Origin: a virus
Taxonomy: Duplodnaviria; Caudoviricetes
Direction: 5' to 3' (one strand)
Length of the DNA: 45,320 nt
IMG/VR virus record: IMGVR_UViG_3300037657_000015
Span: 1-45,320 of that record
The notes below the pieces were generated by a model that worked only from the letters and a program-made list of their open reading frames with translations, was not told the DNA's origin and did no database searches. The translations under genes were made by a program, and so were the position numbers. Of the stretch, positions 1-8,575 are shown piece by piece (position 1 is the stretch's first letter; the number at the start of each line of letters is the position of its first letter).

Positions 1-127
1 AGTGACATTGGTGACACTGGTCCGCATAGTAATATGTGGTGACATAACGTGGCATGCGTGACATATTTCGACATGTGATACAATTAACAAAATTAGTTGT
101 TGACATATTGCGACACCACATGTTATA
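1..127. repeat. Terminal overlap, copy 1 (identical to 45194-45320)
   Basis: Exact 127-nt match between the two ends. The length is typical of a k=127 assembler overlap on a circular contig. Confidence 0.95.
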
Positions 128-129
128 AT
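100..129 (+). promoter_or_regulatory. Sigma70-type promoter for the first early gene
   Basis: TTGACA (100-105), 18-nt spacer, TGnTATAAT extended -10 (121-129). GGGGG RBS precedes ATG 164. Confidence 0.75.
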
Positions 130-163
130 CAGAATACCATAAAATAAAGGGGGTAGTGCACAA

Positions 164-598
164 ATGAAAGTAATTGGAGATTGGAAACGAAGAACAGACG
201 AGAAGCGCCCAAGGCAAGTGCAGTATCTTACCTACGGGATATTTGGTGCGTTGTTCAAGCGGGCGCAGTCAGAAGGCAAGTCACTGTCCGACACGTCAAG
301 GGACCTGTGGCAGGCTGTGATTGACGCGCCGGACGCGGAAGTGGTGGAATACCCAACGGGAGGTGCGGAGAATCTCATAACCGTGTCAATCACGGAAGCC
401 ATGTTCCAGGAAATCGAGCAGGCGCGGGGTGACATCCCGCGTGGGACGTTTTTGCGCAGCATGACCGCCGCCGGCCTTGCCTTACTGGCCAACAGCGTGG
501 ATGTGGTTGTGGTGCAGCTCACTTCTGACAATCTCCACCAGTTGGCCAACACGCCGCCGGCGCCGGACCAGGAAACCGAACCAGGGGAGGGATTCTGA
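164..598 (+). CDS. Putative tandem ribbon-helix-helix DNA-binding protein
   Basis: Two RHH-like segments: QVQYLTYGIFGALFKRAQSEGKSLSDTSRDLW and ITVSITEAMFQEIEQARGDIPRGTFLRSM. Fold call is by pattern only. Confidence 0.55.
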   Translation: MKVIGDWKRRTDEKRPRQVQYLTYGIFGALFKRAQSEGKSLSDTSRDLWQAVIDAPDAEVVEYPTGGAENLITVSITEAMFQEIEQARGDIPRGTFLRSMTAAGLALLANSVDVVVVQLTSDNLHQLANTPPAPDQETEPGEGF

Positions 599-599
599 C

Positions 600-878
600 A
601 TGAATAACATTCTGCACGTCTACAGCCAGGACGCGCATCACGATGCTGCGCATCTCGTTATGACCAGGGATGCGGCAGTCAAATTACGTTCTATGCTTTG
701 CGCAATGTTGGACCAAGGCTATGAGAAGGATTTCGATTGTTTTTACGTCAACGACGGTGAGGGGTACAATTTACGGCTCATCATCGTGGACGATGGAACA
801 GCCGACCGGCTCTCCACGCCCTACACGTCCGAAAACCATGCCGCTGAACCAGGCAGTCTGGAGCCGTGGAAATTATAA
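600..878 (+). CDS. Hypothetical phage protein (MNNILHVYSQ...)
   Basis: GGAGGG RBS before ATG 600, directly after the previous stop. Followed by a terminator. Confidence 0.75.
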   Translation: MNNILHVYSQDAHHDAAHLVMTRDAAVKLRSMLCAMLDQGYEKDFDCFYVNDGEGYNLRLIIVDDGTADRLSTPYTSENHAAEPGSLEPWKL

Positions 879-912
879 CCCGCGCGCGTAAGTATATGTA
901 TTCCATATATTC

Positions 913-939
913 ACCGGTCCATGTGACCGGGTTTTTTTT
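913..939 (+). terminator. Rho-independent terminator
   Basis: CCGGTC-catgt-GACCGG hairpin followed by G and 8 T. Confidence 0.8.
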
Positions 940-978
940 GCTTATTTGCAGGAATAAATATTTATTTTAAAAAACATC

Positions 979-1006
979 TTGACAAAATAAAATATTCGAT
1001 TATAAT
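979..1006 (+). promoter_or_regulatory. Consensus sigma70-type early promoter
   Basis: TTGACA (979-984), 16-nt spacer, TATAAT (1001-1006), with an AT-rich UP-like region upstream. Confidence 0.8.
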
Positions 1007-1041
1007 CTTAAGTGTAAGGGAAAACAAACAAACAGGAGGGG

Positions 1042-1302
1042 ATGATGGTGATGAAAACCAAGTCAGATTATTTGATGAGAAACACTAATAATGTATCGGC
1101 CCTAATAGCGCTTCGTGTCCATTGTGACAGAGTGGCAAAAGCGCTTAATATCGACATTTCTCGTGCTGACAATGAAAGCAGATATGATGTTGCGCATGAA
1201 TCTGCAATGCTTTGGAATAAACATCACGGGCGCGGTCATTGGGCAAGCCTGGGCGACATGTATAAGGCATTGTCAATGACAGGATCAGATTATAAAGACT
1301 AA
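1042..1302 (+). CDS. Hypothetical early protein
   Basis: AGGAGG RBS, directly downstream of the promoter. Confidence 0.7.
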   Translation: MMVMKTKSDYLMRNTNNVSALIALRVHCDRVAKALNIDISRADNESRYDVAHESAMLWNKHHGRGHWASLGDMYKALSMTGSDYKD

Positions 1303-1334
1303 ACACAACAAAAAACCAACAGGAGGACACAACC

Positions 1335-1550
1335 ATGAAAGAAGTCACAAACACAATGAGCTCCAGGGAACAGTACCGGACACGTGAAAAAAACATTAGG
1401 CATCTTTTGCGCAAAATAGAAAATCAGTTAGATAAAGACTCCGCAGCGTTTGATATCTCCGGTGGAAAAGATTACGGATACGCCGGGTCACTCGGACACG
1501 TGCAGGAATCCCTTGAGAACATACATGCCTTTTTAACCGGCAATGCCTAA
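1335..1550 (+). CDS. Hypothetical early protein
   Basis: AGGAGG RBS, 71 aa, helical character. Confidence 0.75.
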   Translation: MKEVTNTMSSREQYRTREKNIRHLLRKIENQLDKDSAAFDISGGKDYGYAGSLGHVQESLENIHAFLTGNA

Positions 1551-1628
1551 CCCCTTACCCGGCCGGCCACACAGCCCCCGTGTCCCGCTGAGCGAGTGGT
1601 TATCACAAAACAACAGGAGGACGGGACA

Positions 1629-1829
1629 ATGACAATGAAAGCTACTGGCAGCACCGTAGTAACGAGCATACCACATAGCACATACTGCGGCGGATTTATT
1701 GTTAGCGAGCCGGTGATGGAAGCAAAATGCCCGGACTGCGGAAAAAAGTACTGGAGCGATGAAACGGCCACGGACGCCATGAAAAACGGATGCCACGGAT
1801 GCGGCGAACTGAACGTAGAAAGAATGTAA
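1629..1829 (+). CDS. Small Zn-finger protein
   Basis: AGGAGG RBS. CPDCG and CHGCG motifs. Confidence 0.7.
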   Translation: MTMKATGSTVVTSIPHSTYCGGFIVSEPVMEAKCPDCGKKYWSDETATDAMKNGCHGCGELNVERM

Positions 1830-1858
1830 CACACACAAACCAACAGGAGGACGGGAAC

Positions 1859-2377
1859 ATGAAAGTCAAGTACAACGCATGGATTGATTTGTCGAAAGCA
1901 GCGCGCGAAACAAATCTGATTGTTGGTGCAGATTTGCGCGGGATTGATTTTAGCCACGCGGACATGAGCTGGGCGGCCCTGCACTGCGCGAACCTGCAAG
2001 GGGTGGACATGCAAGTGGCGAATCTGCGCTACGCGGACCTGCGCGGGGCGGCCCTGCAAGGGTCTTTCCTGCAAGGGTCGAATCTGCACTACGCAAATCT
2101 GCGCTACGCGGACCTGCGCGGGGCGAATCTGCGCCACTCGGACCTGCACGGGGCTGACATGCAAGGGGCGAACATGCAAGGTGCGAACATTGATTTTTCA
2201 GCCTGGCCTATGTGGTGCGGGTCAAAAAATGTAACTGTTGACGTGAAAATCGCGCGCCAGTTGGCCGCACATTTCTGTGCAGTTATTTGCGACGATCCAG
2301 AGTACTCCGAAGCGCGGGCCGCTATCCTGGAATTTGCGAAAAAGTCACACCACGCTAAAGACATAGGGATAGGCTGA
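1859..2377 (+). CDS. Pentapeptide repeat protein
   Basis: About 18 A(D/N)Lxx repeats (ADLRG, ANLRY, ANMQG) followed by a WPMWCGS C-terminal region. AGGAGG RBS before ATG 1859. Confidence 0.92.
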   Translation: MKVKYNAWIDLSKAARETNLIVGADLRGIDFSHADMSWAALHCANLQGVDMQVANLRYADLRGAALQGSFLQGSNLHYANLRYADLRGANLRHSDLHGADMQGANMQGANIDFSAWPMWCGSKNVTVDVKIARQLAAHFCAVICDDPEYSEARAAILEFAKKSHHAKDIGIG

Positions 2378-2415
2378 CTACTCATAAAAAACCAGTATTT
2401 TTTTTCAAAACTATC

Positions 2416-2444
2416 TTGACACAACATGTATTAATAAATATAGT
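2416..2444 (+). promoter_or_regulatory. Sigma70-type promoter for the replication/recombination operon
   Basis: TTGACA (2416-2421), 17-nt spacer, TATAGT (2439-2444). Same ATCTTGACA context as the promoter at 979. Confidence 0.75.
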
Positions 2445-2477
2445 AACATAACCAAAACAATAGGGAAGGAGAAAATA

Positions 2478-2717
2478 ATGGATAAACGACAGCATGAAAT
2501 TGACCGCGAGTTCCGCGATGCGTCTGGAATCCCGCAGAAGTTGATAGCGCAGGCAATTGGATGCACCGCGCGTGAAATGAGTCAATACGAAAAATACGGC
2601 GTTCCGCTCAAAAAGGACATCGCCGAAAACCTGCGCGCGCTGTACAAGAATCACAACCGCGCAATGACCGAGCTTGCAAGCTTGTGGAAACAAAAACAAA
2701 AAGGAGGCAAGGGATGA
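2478..2717 (+). CDS. XRE/Cro-like helix-turn-helix regulator
   Basis: FRDASGIPQKLIAQAIGCTAREMSQYEKYG HTH pattern. AAGGAG RBS. Confidence 0.75.
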   Translation: MDKRQHEIDREFRDASGIPQKLIAQAIGCTAREMSQYEKYGVPLKKDIAENLRALYKNHNRAMTELASLWKQKQKGGKG

Positions 2718-3775
2718 ATTTTAAACTCGGGGACAAGATTAACAGCATTGAAGAGATGCTGCATTCCTGGGCCGAAGATCCGGGGAGGTGGTATGTAAGT
2801 GTAGGCGGTTTTAAATTCACGATAGTTCTTTGGGTAACTCCAAAAAGTCCGCATTGCAAAAAACAAGATGGAAACGAATATATTTTAGGCGGTTTTATTG
2901 CACCATACACCATCATCGCAGACCCCGCGGTGGGATCCGATGACGCGCGGATATGCCGCGAACACTGGATCGAGGTCGGGCAGTGGTGGGCTGCCAAAAA
3001 AACCTGTATCACAGTGGAATTCGGGGCCTTGTGCAACATAGTGTCAGGGAACGGAACAGTAGAAATCTTTTTGACAAGAAAATATTCCGATAAACTTAAA
3101 TTCACCGAAGAACACAGCATGAGTCCTGCTTTTATTTTCGAATACTTCACCCGCATCGACCCCGTGAAATACATCAACTCCCGCGTGTACGAAATCTACG
3201 CGCGAAGCACACGGGAAACAGCGGTTGCGGACACACACGAAAAATTCACGCTGTTGGACCGCGCGCTTGAAATCGGTATGATCAAGCACGGGGAGTTTGA
3301 TTTGGAAACGAAAAATTGCCCCTTGTGCAAGGCGCACGGTAGGACTGACGTGATAATGGTGACATGTAAAAAGTGCTCAATCGAGGATGAAGGCCACGCT
3401 TGCTGCGCGCAATATGCCGCATACATTAAAAACAAAACCCCCGACACATGGCGCGCGCTGTACGAGCGGATCATGTCCGTGGAATCCCTGGAAAAGCCCG
3501 ACGCGCGGCCCAAAGTCAAGCCAGGGCAGGTGTGGAACCGGGCAGGATATCAAAGTCACCAGTATGTTGTTGAGTTCGGCAGCGGAGAATTACATACAAT
3601 TCTAATCGGCAGAAACGAATGCTTCAATTCCATGTCAACGGAAGAAACATTAGCTGGATTAGATCTTACCGATCTCCGCGTGTCACTCATTAAGCCTACA
3701 CAAATAATCGTGGACCGCAAGGAATGGGAAGCCTGCCAGTGTGCAAAAAAAGCGTTTGATGGAGGTAAGCAATGA
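2714..3775 (+). CDS. Hypothetical multi-domain protein with Cys cluster
   Basis: AGGAGG RBS and ATGA overlap. CPLC...CKKCSI...CC motif. Confidence 0.75.
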   Translation: MNFKLGDKINSIEEMLHSWAEDPGRWYVSVGGFKFTIVLWVTPKSPHCKKQDGNEYILGGFIAPYTIIADPAVGSDDARICREHWIEVGQWWAAKKTCITVEFGALCNIVSGNGTVEIFLTRKYSDKLKFTEEHSMSPAFIFEYFTRIDPVKYINSRVYEIYARSTRETAVADTHEKFTLLDRALEIGMIKHGEFDLETKNCPLCKAHGRTDVIMVTCKKCSIEDEGHACCAQYAAYIKNKTPDTWRALYERIMSVESLEKPDARPKVKPGQVWNRAGYQSHQYVVEFGSGELHTILIGRNECFNSMSTEETLAGLDLTDLRVSLIKPTQIIVDRKEWEACQCAKKAFDGGKQ

Positions 3776-3948
3776 GTAACCAAATGGACTTGCTAATCAT
3801 GGAATTCTCTACAAACCAGTGGACCCCGTTCTATTGCGCCCTTGCCGCGCTGATTGTTGGGTCCGCAATCATCGGGTATCTCTGCTATCTGGAGCGTGTT
3901 TCTGATGAAAAACGAAACGCTTATATCGAGGATGAATTGGGTGCTTGA
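3772..3948 (+). CDS. Small membrane protein (58 aa, not in ORF track)
   Basis: GGAGG RBS and ATGA overlap. Hydrophobic stretch FYCALAALIVGSAIIGYLCYL. Confidence 0.65.
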   Translation: MSNQMDLLIMEFSTNQWTPFYCALAALIVGSAIIGYLCYLERVSDEKRNAYIEDELGA

Positions 3949-4025
3949 TTTTGAAGCACTGAAAGCGGCCCTGGACGTACTGAACTCAAAATACTATATG
4001 GAAAATGTGAAGGGAGAAATCAAAC

Positions 4026-4865
4026 ATGGCAATTGATTTGAACAGCATTAAAAAAGAAACTGTGATCCGCGCTCCGCGAATGGTGCTGATTGGAGTAGAG
4101 AAAATCGGGAAAACAACATTCGCCTGCGGGTCCAGGGTTGAGAACGGAATTGTTGTGGAAACCGGACTAAACAGCCCGGTCGTGATACCGATTAAAGGTG
4201 AAGAAGGTGCGGACAGCCTCAACGTTGCGCAATTTCCCGTCTGCAAAAGTTACGATGATGTCATGGACGCAATAGAATCGCTTTTGGGCGAACATGATTA
4301 CAAAACAGTAATCATTGATTCCGCGTCTGCTTTGGAGCCGCTTATCTGGGATGCGGTTTGCAAAATTGCAAAAGTTGATTCCATTGAAAAAGTCGGAGGT
4401 GGATACGGTAAGGGCTATGCAGAGGCGGCGTCACTTTCGCGCAACATGCTTGCCGGTCTTGACGCACTAAGAAACGAACGCGGAATGTCGGTTATCATTA
4501 TCGGCCACGTCAAGGTTAAGCGGTTCGATGACCCGGGCGGCGATAGCTATGACCAGTACCAGTTTGACGCGCACGATAAAGTTGCAAATCTGATATACCG
4601 ATGGTCAGATATTATCCTTTTTGCAAACACAAAAGTGGTTGTGGCAAAAGAGGATGTTGGGTTTGGCAAAGACAAAAAGCGCGGCATTGATACGACTGGC
4701 GGGCGTCGGTTTTTGTACACACAGAAACGGCCTTCACATCCAGGCGGCGGGCGTGGGTATTTCGGGCAGTTGCCGTATGAAATCCCGCTTGACTGGGCGT
4801 CGTTCGAATCGGCAGTGTCGGACATCATAGACAAAAAATATAAAGGAGCTGAAAATCATGAGTGA
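4026..4865 (+). CDS. Sak4-like (AAA_24) phage recombination ATPase
   Basis: Walker A GVEKIGKT, Walker B VIIDS and a GYGKGY motif. Adjacent to an SSB and a nuclease. Confidence 0.88.
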   Translation: MAIDLNSIKKETVIRAPRMVLIGVEKIGKTTFACGSRVENGIVVETGLNSPVVIPIKGEEGADSLNVAQFPVCKSYDDVMDAIESLLGEHDYKTVIIDSASALEPLIWDAVCKIAKVDSIEKVGGGYGKGYAEAASLSRNMLAGLDALRNERGMSVIIIGHVKVKRFDDPGGDSYDQYQFDAHDKVANLIYRWSDIILFANTKVVVAKEDVGFGKDKKRGIDTTGGRRFLYTQKRPSHPGGGRGYFGQLPYEIPLDWASFESAVSDIIDKKYKGAENHE

Positions 4866-5439
4866 TCTTGAACAGTACTTGGACGAGCTTGAAGGCGGGG
4901 AAGGTTTTTTCCCGTCCGAAAACGGAGAGGACGACGGCGGGGACGAATACGGATTGGTCCCGGTAGGTTGGTATCCCGTGGAAATAACCGGGTCGAAAGT
5001 TGAAGAGACAAAATCAAAAACCGGCGTCATGCTCACCGTTGAATTCACTGTCCTTCCTGGGTCGTATGCGAAGCGGAAGGTCTGGAACAGGTTCAACTTT
5101 ATTAATCAGAATCCCAAAGCGCAGGCAATCGGCAAGCGCGAACTGGAAAAGCTGCTGCGCGCCTGCGGGTTTGACCCGAAAGGGAATCTATTCACTGACG
5201 AAAACCAGTTGCTCGGCAAAGAGTTGGACATCCGCGTGAAAATCCAGGCAGGAGAAAACGGGTACAAGGATTCCAACGTGGCCTGCGATTTTGCCCGGCT
5301 TGGGGACGGCGTGGGGTCCGACGAAAAGCAGCCGGAACAGAAACGAGAAGCACCCGCGCAGCGAACGCCTCCGGGCGAAGTGCGTGCACCGCAGAGTGAC
5401 AGCGGGACCACAAAAAAACGTCCGTGGGAAAGGGGATAA
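4858..5439 (+). CDS. DUF669-type phage ssDNA-binding protein
   Basis: VPVGWYPVEI...RKVWNRFN...AQAIG pattern, KKRPW tail and synteny with the Sak4-like gene. Confidence 0.8.
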   Translation: MSDLEQYLDELEGGEGFFPSENGEDDGGDEYGLVPVGWYPVEITGSKVEETKSKTGVMLTVEFTVLPGSYAKRKVWNRFNFINQNPKAQAIGKRELEKLLRACGFDPKGNLFTDENQLLGKELDIRVKIQAGENGYKDSNVACDFARLGDGVGSDEKQPEQKREAPAQRTPPGEVRAPQSDSGTTKKRPWERG

Positions 5440-5441
5440 TC

Positions 5442-5828
5442 ATGAGCGCACTTGAACACCTTGCAAAACGTTTGTTAGATACAAAATTAGAAGAAAACGA
5501 AGTGAAAGCCAGGCGCATTGAACTCGAAGAGCAGATCGCTGAACTGGTGGAAACGCCGGAACGCGGGAGCCGCACGGTTGAAGCGGGGGAAGGTGTCAAA
5601 GTAACCGTCAAGCGCGGCTTGCTTTACAAGGTTGACGTTTCCGGTCTGCGCGCATCCGGGCTTGCCGATGAATTCGGTGTGCTCAAGTCTGTCCCGGCGA
5701 CTTTTAAGCTTGACGAGGCGGCGTATGAGCGCGTAACATCGGAATCGCAGAACGCCGCCACGCGGTTATCGGAATACGTGACCGTGACGCCTGCTAAGGT
5801 GTCTGTCACAGTCAAGATGGGAGAATAA
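5442..5828 (+). CDS. Hypothetical recombination-module protein (coiled coil plus beta region)
   Basis: Lies between the SSB and nuclease genes. AGGGGA RBS before ATG 5442. Confidence 0.7.
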   Translation: MSALEHLAKRLLDTKLEENEVKARRIELEEQIAELVETPERGSRTVEAGEGVKVTVKRGLLYKVDVSGLRASGLADEFGVLKSVPATFKLDEAAYERVTSESQNAATRLSEYVTVTPAKVSVTVKMGE

Positions 5829-5831
5829 AAC

Positions 5832-6842
5832 ATGATCCCTACCGCAACTGTCCAAAAAATCTACAAATACCATGAACGGCGCGACGCGGCTAAACCGCCG
5901 CGCACCGGGCGGCTCGGAGCAAGCATCATCGGCCATCACTGTGACAGATATATGTGGTATTCGTTTCGGAAACTTTTCAAGAAGAAATTTGACGGGCGCA
6001 TGCTGCGCCTGTTTGAAACGGGCCATCTTGCCGAACCGCGATTTGTGGACGAACTGCGCGGGATCGGGTGCGTTGTGGAACCGGTTGACCCGGAGACCGG
6101 CGATCAATTCATGTTTACAGCACACGGTGGGCATTTCGTGTGCTACCTTGACGCCATTATAATGGTAGGCGTACCAGAGGCGCCGAAAGCCATGCACATC
6201 GGCGAATTCAAGACCATGGGCGGGACAGAGGACCAGAAATCAAAGGATTTTGAGAAGGTCCAAAAAGAAGGCGTTCGCGCAGCGAAACCGGAACACTACG
6301 CACAAATGATGGTCGGTATGGGTTTGTCGCAGATTGACAGGGCGCTTTACCTTGCATGCAAAAAAGCCACGGATGAACTGTATTCGGAGCGCGTGAGGTT
6401 CGACAAGGATGAATACGAGCAGATACTGGCGCGTGCATTGACGATAATCAATAGCATAAAGCCGCTTGAACGGTTTGCTGACCGGCCCGACGATTACCGG
6501 TGTAAATGGTGCGATGCGCGGGCGCTGTGTTGGGCGGTTGATACAGTCCCGTTGCCGGACGTTACATGCCGGTCATGCTGCCATGCGACTCCGGAACTTG
6601 ACGGGACGGCGCGGTGGTCCTGCGCGAAGCACGAAAAGGACTTGACGGGCGCAGAACAGCGGGCCGCGTGTGACGAACATTTGATTATCCCGTGGCTGCT
6701 TAATTTCGCGGAGGTTGCCGATGCTGGTGAGGACTGGATAGAGTTTAAAAACACCACGGACGGAGCAGTCTGGCGACACGGGAAACACGATGGCATGATA
6801 TCCACAAAAGAACTTATTGACACTAAGGAGGCGACAAAGTGA
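5832..6842 (+). CDS. PD-(D/E)xK Cas4-like exonuclease
   Basis: LGASIIG..C, LDA..EFKT, HYAQM and C-terminal CKWC....C Fe-S-type cysteines. Confidence 0.88.
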   Translation: MIPTATVQKIYKYHERRDAAKPPRTGRLGASIIGHHCDRYMWYSFRKLFKKKFDGRMLRLFETGHLAEPRFVDELRGIGCVVEPVDPETGDQFMFTAHGGHFVCYLDAIIMVGVPEAPKAMHIGEFKTMGGTEDQKSKDFEKVQKEGVRAAKPEHYAQMMVGMGLSQIDRALYLACKKATDELYSERVRFDKDEYEQILARALTIINSIKPLERFADRPDDYRCKWCDARALCWAVDTVPLPDVTCRSCCHATPELDGTARWSCAKHEKDLTGAEQRAACDEHLIIPWLLNFAEVADAGEDWIEFKNTTDGAVWRHGKHDGMISTKELIDTKEATK

Positions 6843-7804
6843 CAGAGATAACCGCGATAGAAAAACTTGAAAAAATCAATATCGTTGAACTTTTCACAGT
6901 GACCGGAGTAGGCCCGTTGGTTACTGAGATAGAAAATGCCGCTCGGTCCCTGGTGCTTGACCCGACAACGGCAATCGGGCGGAAGGAAATAATTTCACAC
7001 GCCGCAAGCGTGGCCCGTGCAAAAACATTCCTGGACAACAAGGGAAAGGAGTTGACCGAGGAATGGGCGCGCAAGAAGAAAAACGTGGACGCCGGGCGCA
7101 AGGAGATTCGGGATCGGCTTGACGCGCTGAAAGATGAAGTCAGAAAACCCGTAACGGAATATGAAGCCGCAGAAGCCGCGCGCATCGAAGCGGAACGCAT
7201 CGAAGCGGAACGCATAGAAGAAGAAAAACGTGCCGCAGAAGCCGCGCGCATCGCCGCAATCGAAGCGGAAAACGAGCGGTTGCGTGAACAGGAACGTAAG
7301 CGATTGGAAGCGGAACGTGTGGCCCGAGAGGAACAGGAACGCAAGGCCGCAGAGGAACGCATGAAAGCGGAAGCCGCAGAACGCGCACGATTGGAAGCGG
7401 AACGCGCGGCGGCACAGTCAATTGAAGATGCCAAGCGTGAAGCCGCAGAAGCAATCGCGCGTGAGGAACTCCAGAAACGTGAAGCGGAAGCCGAACGCAT
7501 CCGTGCAGAGGAACGGGCGCGGATTGAAGCAGATAATGCGGAGAAGGAAAAACAGCGCGCGATTGCAGAGGAACGTGAGCGCGCCCGGCGTGAAGCTGAA
7601 CGCATTGAAAACGAACGTATTGCAAAGATACACCGTGAGCAGGAAGCCGAGGCGCTGCGAGTTTCAAACGCAAAGCACCGGGCAGATGTCCTTAATCGCG
7701 CAACAGATGCGCTTATGGAAAACGGTATCCCGGAAGATGTAGCCGCCGATGCGGTTGCATTAATCGATGCCGGGAAAATTCCAGGAATTAAAATAGTCTA
7801 CTAA
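6839..7804 (+). CDS. Phage protein with long E/A/R-rich coiled coil
   Basis: N-terminal GRKEI...DALKDEVRKP helical domain followed by ERIEAE-type repeats. AAGGAGG RBS, GTG start. Confidence 0.8.
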   Translation: MTEITAIEKLEKINIVELFTVTGVGPLVTEIENAARSLVLDPTTAIGRKEIISHAASVARAKTFLDNKGKELTEEWARKKKNVDAGRKEIRDRLDALKDEVRKPVTEYEAAEAARIEAERIEAERIEEEKRAAEAARIAAIEAENERLREQERKRLEAERVAREEQERKAAEERMKAEAAERARLEAERAAAQSIEDAKREAAEAIAREELQKREAEAERIRAEERARIEADNAEKEKQRAIAEERERARREAERIENERIAKIHREQEAEALRVSNAKHRADVLNRATDALMENGIPEDVAADAVALIDAGKIPGIKIVY

Positions 7805-7989
7805 ACCGCGCGCTCGAATGACACGCGGCTAATAGATACGGTGGGGTTTTTACCTATTGTTTTGTCCCTACCGGACCAAAGTTGCCGAAAGCGGCAGTTT
7901 GGAGCTTGTGTTTTATTCAAAGGCTTGAAATGTTGGTTTCCCCGTACAGGTGATAGGTAACTCTCCCGGTTCGATTCCGGGGCGGGGAG
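7805..7989 (+). ncRNA. Putative structured intergenic RNA ending in a tRNA-like acceptor/T-arm minihelix
   Basis: TCCCCGT (7939-7945) pairs with GCGGGGA (7982-7988). T-arm is CCCGG-TTCGATT-CCGGG (7965-7981). Several hairpins lie upstream. Confidence 0.55.
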
Positions 7990-7996
7990 TAGGAGG

Positions 7997-8575
7997 ATGA
8001 AAAACATGAATAAAGCAATATATTTTGACATCGACGGTGTATGCTGTGATTTCATCTACGGGATCCGGTATGTGCTTCACTTGGAATCTGATTGGCAACC
8101 GCGCGAATGGGACATATCAAAGGAGTTGGGTATCCCATGGGCTGAAATAAACAAGGCAATATGTTCAAATCAGTATCACTGGTGGAACCTTCCCGAACTC
8201 CCGGACGGGATTAAAATATTTATATACGTAAAGAGAATGGCCGATGAAGCGGGGATACCGGTTATTGCAACTTCTAACGCGTTCCTTGCTGATACTGACT
8301 GGTGGACCGGGCGCGCGGAATGGATTAAATTCCATCTTGGAGAAGATGTTCCAATTGCGCTATGCACGGACAAATGCGTTCACGCTGGGCCGGGCCGATT
8401 GCTGATTGACGATTATTATCGCAACTATTCAAGATGGCTAAAGAGTGGCGGGTCGGCTATTTTGGTGCCGCGTCCGTGGAACACCTTTAAATATCCTACG
8501 GTCCCGATGCATGATGAAAACATCACAGAAATAATCAATGAGGTCAAATCATGGATAGGTGGAAGCCGTTCATGA
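7997..8575 (+). CDS. HAD-superfamily 5'(3')-deoxyribonucleotidase-like protein
   Basis: IYFDIDGV (motif I), LLIDD (motif IV) and PRPWN. Confidence 0.85.
   Translation: MKNMNKAIYFDIDGVCCDFIYGIRYVLHLESDWQPREWDISKELGIPWAEINKAICSNQYHWWNLPELPDGIKIFIYVKRMADEAGIPVIATSNAFLADTDWWTGRAEWIKFHLGEDVPIALCTDKCVHAGPGRLLIDDYYRNYSRWLKSGGSAILVPRPWNTFKYPTVPMHDENITEIINEVKSWIGGSRS

Noticed and set aside
1-127. Biological direct terminal repeat
   Set aside because: The exact 127-nt length matches a common assembler k-mer and it cuts through a promoter -10 box. More likely a circularisation overlap.
1547-2179. 210-aa minus-strand ORF with QVR repeats
   Set aside because: It is an antisense shadow of the pentapeptide repeat gene and has no RBS context.
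3892-3922. Hammerhead-like core CTGATGA...GAAAC with GAGCGT/ACGCTT pairing
   Set aside because: There is no stem I or stem II, the cleavage triplet would be GUG, and it lies inside a plausible CDS.
5832-6842. Cas4-like nuclease as evidence of a CRISPR-Cas system
   Set aside because: There are no other cas genes and no array. It sits in a standard Sak4-SSB-exonuclease recombination module.
6823-7605. 260-aa S/R/A-rich minus-strand ORF
   Set aside because: It is an antisense shadow of the low-complexity coiled-coil gene.
7939-7989. Complete tRNA gene
   Set aside because: It is only about 51 nt, with no D arm or anticodon arm. Reported as a tRNA-like element instead.
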